From Candidatus Shapirobacteria bacterium (lineage in GTDB: Bacteria; Patescibacteriota; Microgenomatia; UBA12405): a stretch of DNA of 64,000 nt. The translations under genes and the position numbers were made by a program. This document shows, piece after piece, positions 56,405 to 64,000 of the stretch. The notes under the pieces are model-generated. The model was given only the letters and a program-made list of their open reading frames with translations. It did not search any database and had not been told where the DNA came from. Within the stretch, counting starts at the first letter, position 1; each line of letters starts with the position of its first letter. The stretch is taken from positions 3,098-67,097 of the forward strand of contig JBAZYN010000001.1 in NCBI GenBank assembly GCA_041659325.1, given 5' to 3'.

Positions 56405-57162
56405 ATCTTAAATAGTCTTCTAGCATTATTGTCAATTATTTTTTCTGCTTCTTCTAAATTAGTTTGCCAAATTTCCGCCACCTTGTTGTATACAAATTTA
56501 ACGTATTCCGGTTTATTTATTTCTCCCCGGTGGGGAACCGGCGTCAGACACGGGCAATCAGTCTCTGCCAACAACCTGTCCCTGGGAATTTCGGATACTA
56601 CCTCATTCAATCCGACCTCATAAGTTATATTCCCGTCAAATCCAAAGTACCAACTTTCTCCCAATCCCAAGACATTTTTAATCCTTTTTTTTCCTCCGGC
56701 ATAACAATGAAAAACCCCGCCGATATCTTTATAATCTTTTAATATCAAAACTACCTCATCCACCGCTTTTCTGGCATGAATAATCAAAGGCAATTTGTAT
56801 TCTTGGGCAATTTCAATTTGTCCCCTGAACAATGCCTCCTGTTCATTCCTACTTCTTTCCTTCTCATTCGGAGGTGGGGTAGAAAAATCAAGTCCACACT
56901 CCCCAATTGCCACGATTACTTTATTGGCTTTTACTAATTCTTCGAGTAACAATAGTTGATCTTTTATAGACTCCCGATTTTGCGGATCGGTACATTGTGG
57001 GTGAATTCCCACACTTGCCCAAAATTGCTTTTTGTCAGCCTGAGCCAGCTCTATGTTTTCTTTTGAATCTTCCAGATTACTCGCCGCCAAAATCACACGG
57101 ACACCGTCAACCTCAACGGATTCACAGAATCTTTTCGATAAATGGGCATGAGTATCAATCAT
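56392..57162 (-). CDS. tatD: TatD-family nuclease
   Basis: IDTHAH, GIHP, GECGLD, IHAR, FHCY, ETDCP. Confidence 0.93.
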   Translation of the reverse strand: MIDTHAHLSKRFCESVEVDGVRVILAASNLEDSKENIELAQADKKQFWASVGIHPQCTDPQNRESIKDQLLLLEELVKANKVIVAIGECGLDFSTPPPNEKERSRNEQEALFRGQIEIAQEYKLPLIIHARKAVDEVVLILKDYKDIGGVFHCYAGGKKRIKNVLGLGESWYFGFDGNITYEVGLNEVVSEIPRDRLLAETDCPCLTPVPHRGEINKPEYVKFVYNKVAEIWQTNLEEAEKIIDNNARRLFKIKSL

Positions 57163-57200
57163 GGTACAATCAATATATTACCGTATTCTAACCTATTTTT

Positions 57201-57440
57201 ATGTCTAGAATAGAAGAATTACAAGAAAGGATTAGGCGTCTACTGCCAACCGCACGGAACTGTCCACCTTATCGTCTTGATCGCGATGACTTAATACATT
57301 TTCAAGAGCTACTCGCCAACCCTGATTTAATGGCGACTGCCCGAACGCACACCGCCACCCTTGCAGAGGTACCTGAAACTACCAGAGAAGTAGTTCTGAC
57401 AAGAATAGAACAGAAGCTAAATATAATTGAAAATAGATAG
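57201..57440 (+). CDS. Hypothetical protein
   Basis: 79-aa ORF in the intergenic gap. Confidence 0.5.
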   Translation: MSRIEELQERIRRLLPTARNCPPYRLDRDDLIHFQELLANPDLMATARTHTATLAEVPETTREVVLTRIEQKLNIIENR

Positions 57441-57537
57441 GGCTAATTCTCCCTAAATCGTTCTAATTATCACAGAATATACCAATTGTGATGCAGATAT
57501 AATACACCAAACCAATCTCTATAATTAAATTAAAACA

Positions 57538-58011
57538 ATGTATAAAACTCCAAAAAATAAACGTAACAAAATTTGGGCGGAGTTTGAGGCCGATATCCAA
57601 TCCCGTGCCACCCAAAAAGATAAGAAATTTATTCTATCCGGTAAATGGAAGAAATTTATCAGATTTCAGGACGGTTTCAAGGTTTATGCCGTCGACGGTA
57701 CTTGGATTAGAAACAACATCAGCATTATGTTTGGTCACGGCGGACATGGTTATGTCCATGAGTTTATCCCGCAAAACGAGATATGGATAGCGACTCACCA
57801 TCCCGGGGATAGCCCCAAAGATTTATGCGGCTGTAAAAATGTTTCCGACAGCAAAAAAGTCTCACAAAATTTTTTCGACAGCACCACCCTTCACGAAATC
57901 ACCGAATTTCGTGAAATGAAAAAAGGTAAATCATTTAAAGCCGCTCACCATACTGCTCTGGAAAAAGAAATTGAATCTGGCCTGCTTCCCGACCCTTACA
58001 CGGAGATTTAG
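57538..58011 (+). CDS. Hypothetical protein, probable metal-binding
   Basis: VDGTWIR..FGHGGH..FIPQNEIW; LHEITE...AAH. Confidence 0.7.
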   Translation: MYKTPKNKRNKIWAEFEADIQSRATQKDKKFILSGKWKKFIRFQDGFKVYAVDGTWIRNNISIMFGHGGHGYVHEFIPQNEIWIATHHPGDSPKDLCGCKNVSDSKKVSQNFFDSTTLHEITEFREMKKGKSFKAAHHTALEKEIESGLLPDPYTEI

Positions 58012-58319
58012 CTCTTCTTTACTACCTTTTTTACGGCTTTCTTTACTTTTTTCTTAGCCGGATTTTCAATTTTGATCTCAGCTTTCACCGAAACCATTTT
58101 GGAAAACCTGGATTTCATCCGGTTCACTTTATTGTGATGAAAAAGATGACCTTTATCCAATTTATCGAGGAGAGATACGACTTTTATCAGGCCCTCCGAG
58201 GTCGGCTTCTCCTGGAATTTTTTGGCCGTAGATTTAAATTTTTGTTTTAAGACAACATTCGTCTTATGATTTCTTTTGGCTACTCTTAAGGATTTTTTTG
58301 CAGAAAGGCTTATTGGCAT
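58008..58319 (-). CDS. rpsT: 30S ribosomal protein S20 with Lys-rich C-terminal extension
   Basis: MPISLSAKKSLRVAKRN...LDK...HHNKVNRMKSR; start at 58319 with TAGAAT 7 nt upstream. Confidence 0.9.
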   Translation of the reverse strand: MPISLSAKKSLRVAKRNHKTNVVLKQKFKSTAKKFQEKPTSEGLIKVVSLLDKLDKGHLFHHNKVNRMKSRFSKMVSVKAEIKIENPAKKKVKKAVKKVVKKS

Positions 58320-58392
58320 ATCGGGTATTCTACCCCATATCCAAATTAAATTCAAGAATTCATTGTTACAATTAATCACATATAATTAGCCT

Positions 58393-60003
58393 ATGACCAT
58401 CAGAGAGCGTGTTGCTATCTTTTCTATCAAGAAACAAAACAGCATCCTTTCGGCGTCTCTGGTTCTCGGGATAACTTTTGCCATCTCGGCCCTCCTTGGC
58501 TTTTTGAGGAGTCGTTTCCTTTACGCCCACTTTTTCAAGTGCTGTGTGCTTGAGCTGGATGTATACAATGCTGCCTTCCGCCTACCCGATCTGGTTTTCA
58601 AGCTTTTGGTAACCGGGGCTCTGTCTGCCTCATTTATTCCCGTATTTTCAAGTTATTTACACAAAGACAAGGAAACTGCTGATAAAATCGGGTCAACTGT
58701 CATTAACCTACTTTTCATCGTTTTTTTATTTTGCTCCATTTCTATCTTTATCTTTGCCCGTCCACTAACGAGAATTATTGCCAGCGGATTCTCCGCCGAT
58801 CAGCTAGCTTTAATGGTCGATCTTACACGGATACTTCTTGTTGCCCAGGTGTTTTTTCTTATCAGTAACTTCGTCACGGCCATCCTGCAAGTTAACCAAA
58901 TATTTATCATCCCAGCCCTCTCCCCGATTACCTACAATATCTTCATCATTCTTGGTATTTTCACTCTCGCTCCCACCTTTGGTATATATGGAGTAGTTTA
59001 TGGCGTAGTTATAGGATCTTTTTTCCACCTTGCTATTCAAATCCCTGTGCTAAGAAAAATCGGTTTTAATTACACCCGCCTGATAAATATTCGGCTGAAG
59101 GGAGTCAAAGAAGTATTTAGGCTTATGGTTCCCCGGAGCCTCTCTCTTGGCCTTGGGGAAATTGAAAACACGGTAACTTTATTTTTTGCTTCTAGCCTGG
59201 CCGCCGGATCAATTTCTCTTCTAAATCTATCACTCCAGTTAATGTATCTTCCCAGTAGAATTTTTGGCACCACCATCGGGCAGGCATCACTTCCCATTCT
59301 TTCAAAAAATATTGCCCGAAACGAAATGGATATTTTTAGACAAACCGTCAAAAAAACTTTATTGCAAAGTGTTTTTATTGCTCTGCCTATCACCACCCTC
59401 ATTCTGATCCAAAGAGTTTCTATTGTCAGGATTGCTTTTGGCAGTCGAGAATTTCCTTGGACGGCAACGCTGCTAACCGCAAGGATTTTGGCTTTTTTGA
59501 CCCCGGCCATTGTCTGTCAGGCTGTTAGCCAGATTTTAATTAGGTCGTTTTATGCCATGCACAACACCAAAATCCCCCTTTATGTTTCTTTTTTCTCGCT
59601 TGTATTAAACATTTCTTCAAGTTACTACCTAATTAACTTCACTAGCCTCGGCGTAATCGGTCTGGCTATCAGCGCTTCTCTGAGTAATATTGTCCAATTT
59701 GTTGGTCTCTTCTGGCTTTTTATCAAAAAAGTTGATGGCTTTTATTGGGACGATGTCTTTAAGAGATTCGGGAAAATGGTTTTCGCTTCTCTTTTGACCG
59801 GGTTAATTTCATGGGGGTTGGTCAAGTTATTAGATGTCTTCGTCCTGGATACAAGTAAAACAACAAATCTGGTTATGCTTTTTTCCGTCTCTACATTTTT
59901 TGGAATTTTCGTGTATTTTGTCATCTCCCATTGGCTTATGGTCCAAGAATGCCGTGATTTTGAAAAATATTTCATAAAACTGAAACAATTAGTTTTAAAG
60001 TAA
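58393..60003 (+). CDS. murJ: Lipid II flippase MurJ (MviN)
   Basis: LGFLR, AAFRLPD, GALSASFIPVF, RSFYAMHNTKIP. Confidence 0.93.
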   Translation: MTIRERVAIFSIKKQNSILSASLVLGITFAISALLGFLRSRFLYAHFFKCCVLELDVYNAAFRLPDLVFKLLVTGALSASFIPVFSSYLHKDKETADKIGSTVINLLFIVFLFCSISIFIFARPLTRIIASGFSADQLALMVDLTRILLVAQVFFLISNFVTAILQVNQIFIIPALSPITYNIFIILGIFTLAPTFGIYGVVYGVVIGSFFHLAIQIPVLRKIGFNYTRLINIRLKGVKEVFRLMVPRSLSLGLGEIENTVTLFFASSLAAGSISLLNLSLQLMYLPSRIFGTTIGQASLPILSKNIARNEMDIFRQTVKKTLLQSVFIALPITTLILIQRVSIVRIAFGSREFPWTATLLTARILAFLTPAIVCQAVSQILIRSFYAMHNTKIPLYVSFFSLVLNISSSYYLINFTSLGVIGLAISASLSNIVQFVGLFWLFIKKVDGFYWDDVFKRFGKMVFASLLTGLISWGLVKLLDVFVLDTSKTTNLVMLFSVSTFFGIFVYFVISHWLMVQECRDFEKYFIKLKQLVLK

Positions 60004-60030
60004 ATACATTATGTATATACTTAATTCAAT

Positions 60031-60600
60031 ATGCCTGCCAAAAAGGAAATTTCTTTGCTCCCGGACGAAGAAAATCCAAACTCACCTTCGGCTAGATTTC
60101 TCAGATGGATTACCACAATTGGTCGTTTCATAATTGTCTTTACTGAGTTGATTGTTATTAGTGCTTTTCTTTCCCGTTTCTGGTTAGATCGAAAGAATTC
60201 GGATTATTCAGAAGTCCTCCGTCAACATAAGGCAATATTGGAAAGTACCCAGGAATTCGAACAAGAATATTCCCTCCTTCAGCAAAGGCTAAAAGTAATC
60301 AAAGACTTCTATTCAAAAACTCCCGAATACAACAGCAAGATAGCCTCACTTGCCGAAAGCACCCCGAATGGTATCGTCTTTAACAACCTTACCCTGGAAA
60401 ACAACACCGACAAAAAAAGCATTGTCGCCAACATTGACCTGATATCCCTTAGGGAAGAATCAATAATCGATCTAATCACCAATTTAACTGTTAACGAAAA
60501 TATCAAGACCGTGGACGTAAAAAGTATCGAAAAAAAGCCAAAAGAAAATAAATACTCTGTAAAACTGTATCTAGTGTTTAAGCCGGACAAAAAAACATGA
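60031..60600 (+). CDS. Type IV pilus assembly PilN-like protein
   Basis: ISLLP N-terminal motif, TM, coiled coil, ferredoxin-like domain. Confidence 0.7.
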   Translation: MPAKKEISLLPDEENPNSPSARFLRWITTIGRFIIVFTELIVISAFLSRFWLDRKNSDYSEVLRQHKAILESTQEFEQEYSLLQQRLKVIKDFYSKTPEYNSKIASLAESTPNGIVFNNLTLENNTDKKSIVANIDLISLREESIIDLITNLTVNENIKTVDVKSIEKKPKENKYSVKLYLVFKPDKKT

Positions 60601-61250
60601 TTCAAACAAACATATTTTCTAAGGGGCGTCCGCTAACTGAATACCTCAAAAAACAAGTTGAAAATAGGAAATTCGTAAAATCCTTAGAAACAAGCGGAAC
60701 CTTTGCCCTAATAACCTTTTTTCTTTTCTTTGCTATCAGGCCGACGGCCTTGACTATTTCCGCACTGATTGGAGAAATAAATGCAAAAGAGAAAATGATT
60801 TCAGAGATGAAGGGCAAGATTAGCGACCTGGTCTTAGCTCAGGACGCGTTCTCTCAGGTCCAGGAAAGATATGGCGTTATAAACTCAGCCCTTCCCGACA
60901 ATCCCGACTATCGTCAATCTATGGTTCAGATGGTTTCTGCCGCAAAAGAATCCGGCATAACCCTCGATAAGCTGAGCTACAATCTTATGGAAAATCCTAA
61001 AAATAGTCCTTTTCCTACGCAATTAGAATTTTACACGGTTGCCATAAGCAGAAAGACATCCTACGCATCAGCCCTGGATATAATCGACAAGTTACTTCAC
61101 AACCGCCGGCTAATTAGCCTTAAATCAGTCAGAATCGGCTCTGCCAAGGACGATACCGATACCACCGAAAATTCATCATCAGACAACTTGATAAACGTCA
61201 GTTTTACCAACGAAATATATTATTGGAAAAAAACTCAAAATGAAAAATAA
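60597..61250 (+). CDS. Type IV pilus assembly PilO-like protein
   Basis: TM-RP, coiled coil, ALP, RRLISL; follows the PilN-like gene. Confidence 0.7.
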   Translation: MIQTNIFSKGRPLTEYLKKQVENRKFVKSLETSGTFALITFFLFFAIRPTALTISALIGEINAKEKMISEMKGKISDLVLAQDAFSQVQERYGVINSALPDNPDYRQSMVQMVSAAKESGITLDKLSYNLMENPKNSPFPTQLEFYTVAISRKTSYASALDIIDKLLHNRRLISLKSVRIGSAKDDTDTTENSSSDNLINVSFTNEIYYWKKTQNEK

Positions 61251-61494
61251 TAAGGTTGTTGGATATTTTCTCCTCATATCGATTTTTTCATTTTTAGCCA
61301 TCTTTGTTTATCTGGTTCAGAAGAGTTACAGCAACTTAATTGGGCCAATCGGTGAAACCAAGGCAAGTAATCTGACAAAACCAATTGATCCTGTCCTTGA
61401 TGTCGAAACAATTAACCTTATAGAACAAAGAAAAGAATACACCCAAGATAGTATAGTGTTACCTATTCCTATGATACCTACCCCATCTTCATAA
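61240..61494 (+). CDS. Small membrane protein in the pilNO operon
   Basis: Single TM; PIDPVLD. Confidence 0.65.
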   Translation: MKNNKVVGYFLLISIFSFLAIFVYLVQKSYSNLIGPIGETKASNLTKPIDPVLDVETINLIEQRKEYTQDSIVLPIPMIPTPSS

Positions 61495-62771
61495 TGAAAA
61501 AAGAAAAAAAGATTCCTACGATTTTAGGTCTGATTTTTTTACTCATTAGTATCGTAGCTGGTGTTTACCTTTCTTCAACTACTATCAACACCAGATCCAA
61601 AGCAAGCGGTGATTGCAACCCAATCAACATCCAGACAACCAATATAACTCATACTTCTTTTGCCATTTCCTTCAGCACCTCGACCGATTGTCCCTCCCTG
61701 ATTTCCTTAGACAGTCGTATCATCAACAACTTCGTTCAAACTTCAAAAATCCATTATTTTTCCGTAGATAATTTAAAAGAAAGTACCGAATACAGCTATT
61801 CGATAGTTTCAGGCGGGGCAACTTATGAAGAACCGTCCTTTACGGTAAAAACTGCCAAAAAACCTTCCGGAACTGCTCCCTCGGCCGATATCGCCTGGGG
61901 GAAGGTATACAATCCCGATAAAAGCCCTGGAGCCTACTCTTTGGTCTATCTAATTATTCCCGATGGATCACCTCTGTCGGCCCTTGTTACCAGTAATGGT
62001 AACTGGAACATCACCTTCGCCAATAGTTACAACACGGAGAAAGAAGACTGGTTTACACCACAGCCCAATATAGATGAAGAAATATACATTGTTTCAGAGG
62101 ATGGTCATATAACCCAGATCATCGGAAATACTTCTAGGAATAATCCTGTTCCGGACATTATCATCGGACAAGACGTCTTTACCTCCGAGCAAATTGTACC
62201 GGAATCTATAGGAAATGTCGGCCTCGGATCCGACTACCCTTCTTCCTCGGCGGTAACTATATTAAATCCAAAAAACGGTGAAACTCTTTCTACCCTTAGG
62301 CCCGATTTTTTTGGCACGGCAAGTCCAAACTATACATTGACGGTAAGCATTTCCGGGCCGACCAACGCTTCCGGTAGCCCGGTTTCTGACTCTACCGGCA
62401 CTTGGCATTGGTCACCAGTTTCAAACTTAATTCCGGGTAATTATGTGATCAAGGCGGAGACCGCTGAACACAACTTTTCTGTTTCAGGGGAATCTGACTC
62501 ATTGGCTTATACTGCCAGTGGCAGTGGCAGTTTGACCACTCCTACTCAGATCCCGATTCCCAGTCCGACGGAGACCCCGGTTTCAATTTCCCAAACACCT
62601 ACCCCGGTTTCTACCTTATTCCCGACTCCAAGTTCCACTATAGAACCCACTTCTAGAACATATAAACCAAGCACTGACTCCGGCGTACCAAAAACAGGGA
62701 CCTCCTTCCCGACAATCCTACTTGGTGTTCTGTCAGTTTCTTTATTAGTATTTGGATTCTTACTAATTTGA
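61494..62771 (+). CDS. Surface protein with FN3/Ig-like domains, PT linker and LPxTG-like (VPKTG) sorting signal
   Basis: TNITHTSF..S, LKESTEY, Ig-like GTASP..G.W; VPKTG followed by a hydrophobic tail. Confidence 0.78.
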   Translation: MKKEKKIPTILGLIFLLISIVAGVYLSSTTINTRSKASGDCNPINIQTTNITHTSFAISFSTSTDCPSLISLDSRIINNFVQTSKIHYFSVDNLKESTEYSYSIVSGGATYEEPSFTVKTAKKPSGTAPSADIAWGKVYNPDKSPGAYSLVYLIIPDGSPLSALVTSNGNWNITFANSYNTEKEDWFTPQPNIDEEIYIVSEDGHITQIIGNTSRNNPVPDIIIGQDVFTSEQIVPESIGNVGLGSDYPSSSAVTILNPKNGETLSTLRPDFFGTASPNYTLTVSISGPTNASGSPVSDSTGTWHWSPVSNLIPGNYVIKAETAEHNFSVSGESDSLAYTASGSGSLTTPTQIPIPSPTETPVSISQTPTPVSTLFPTPSSTIEPTSRTYKPSTDSGVPKTGTSFPTILLGVLSVSLLVFGFLLI

Positions 62772-62815
62772 TGTTGTAAAAACTTTATTTTTCTATAGAC
62801 TGAATACAAATAGCC

Positions 62816-64000
62816 ATGCAAAGCCAAAAGGTTAATAGATTTTATCGGGTTTTTAGTACCATATTTCTTGGTCTCTCCCTTGTAGGCGCGGTTGTCTTAG
62901 TAAAAAGGAATCAGGATCTTCGTAATTTTGCCCAAAATTGCAATGAAGGTTTTTGTAATAATGTTACCAATGAATCTACCTGTTGGACCCACGCGGGAAG
63001 CGGCTGTGCTTGGATAAGCAGTAGGTGCACCTGCAATAGCTCCACTCCCGGAGTTACCATTACCGGTAACTGTGATAGTTTTACTGTTTCCGGGGGGACT
63101 GCCACCTTATCCGTCGCTAATTGTAAACAGGAATATTTCCCGGGTAAAAATAAAAACCAATGTCAATCAGATGCCAATCAGGGTGTCGGCTGTGCCACCC
63201 AAACCAAACAATACGGTCCCGGTACCCATAGTATCTCCACCAGTGTCCAATGTGGCATTTACCAGGTTGATGCCACCGGTAATGGTTGGAACTGTGCCAA
63301 AACCGGTTGTAAGTGGGATGATAGTAAATGTACTACCGTCACTCCCACCAACACCCCGCCGCTCACTCCGACTCCTGCTATTCCGGACTTTTCGTGTAAA
63401 GGCTTAACTCTAAATGGCCAAAGTTCCGACATAACTATTACGATTGGAGAAACTGTTAAAATTTTGGCAACTGTCAGCCATTACGGAATTATTAGTAGCG
63501 CCAAAGTACCTGAGATCGGGGGTAGGGTAGGCAACGGCACGGATATCCGTCGTCTCTCCGAATCAACCAATCCCTCCTCCAATTTCACCCCCCCCACAAT
63601 CGGTGTATATGCAATTGAAGCAAATGCGTACGATTGTACCCAATGTAACTATCTCTGTTCTGCAGGAAAAACTCTTTACAAAAACGTCATTGGCCCAAAC
63701 CGTTGCACCACCGACGTTAATGATTGGAAAAACTTAAGCAAAGAATGTGTCAGTAATAACTGTATTCATTGGATTACGGTGATATCTCCAATTTCTACTC
63801 CCACCAAAACTCCTACACCAACCAGAACCCCCACAAATACTCCTACACCAACTAGAACTCCAAGTCCCACCAAGACACCTACACCAACCAGAACTCCCAC
63901 CCCGACCAAAACCCCCGTTCCTACCAAAACTCCCACTGGCACCCGCACCCCCACTCCGACCAACACTCCAGTTCCCACCAATACCCCCACCCCCACCGCC
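62816..64000 (+). CDS. Cys-rich surface protein with Pro/Thr repeats; 3'-truncated, not in ORF track
   Basis: Manual translation [47 protein letters not shown]... is open to the window end. Confidence 0.85.
   Translation, partial: MQSQKVNRFYRVFSTIFLGLSLVGAVVLVKRNQDLRNFAQNCNEGFCNNVTNESTCWTHAGSGCAWISSRCTCNSSTPGVTITGNCDSFTVSGGTATLSVANCKQEYFPGKNKNQCQSDANQGVGCATQTKQYGPGTHSISTSVQCGIYQVDATGNGWNCAKTGCKWDDSKCTTVTPTNTPPLTPTPAIPDFSCKGLTLNGQSSDITITIGETVKILATVSHYGIISSAKVPEIGGRVGNGTDIRRLSESTNPSSNFTPPTIGVYAIEANAYDCTQCNYLCSAGKTLYKNVIGPNRCTTDVNDWKNLSKECVSNNCIHWITVISPISTPTKTPTPTRTPTNTPTPTRTPSPTKTPTPTRTPTPTKTPVPTKTPTGTRTPTPTNTPVPTNTPTPTA
63796..64000 (+). repeat. Coding low-complexity tandem repeat (TPTxTP)
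   Basis: Imperfect repeats encoding [12 protein letters not shown]... Confidence 0.85.

Noticed and set aside
58320-58379. N-terminal extensions in the ORF track (rpsT; also 33294-33419, 3092-3166, 24567-24629)
   Set aside because: Family N-termini and -10 boxes just upstream of internal start codons indicate shorter proteins
63766-63996. Minus-strand Val/Gly repeat ORF, or CRISPR-like repeats
   Set aside because: Antisense shadow of the Pro/Thr coding repeat in the 62816+ gene; the same applies to 22241-22426
1-64000. tRNA, rRNA, prophage or integron
   Set aside because: No cloverleaf or rRNA-like segments, integrase, phage structural genes or attC array recognised by eye; a tRNAscan/Infernal run would be needed to exclude them fully

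Overview
Gene-dense bacterial chromosome window, standard genetic code (TGA is used as stop). It most likely comes from a Patescibacteria/CPR Microgenomates-type genome (inferred from gene content: sortase, Pro/Thr-rich surface proteins, archaeal-type mevalonate entry genes, PilN/PilO, many orphans). About 75 CDS. They include greA, a DEAD-box helicase, a frameshifted purF, queA, an alpha-2-macroglobulin, an HMG-CoA synthase/thiolase/DUF35 operon, rarA, a RAYT transposase, an OmpR-family two-component system with a MacAB-type exporter, 2-oxoacid:ferredoxin oxidoreductase, map, folD, tatD, rpsT and murJ. I found no rRNA, tRNA or CRISPR array. The most interesting signal is non-coding. A YTT(C/A)AG-N5-YTTCAG direct repeat sits 9-10 bp upstream of a -10 box at four promoters. 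Three are in the two-component/efflux locus. The fourth (1741-1773) drives what looks like a ~60-nt two-hairpin small RNA, an architecture like streptococcal CiaR/csRNAs. Other observations: a leader-peptide transcription attenuator upstream of an MFS gene, widespread leaderless and bidirectional promoters, several REP-like palindromes (one inserted in-frame in rarA), several apparent pseudo-enzymes, and five ORFs missing from the supplied track. All calls come from reading motifs by eye; no database searches were run.
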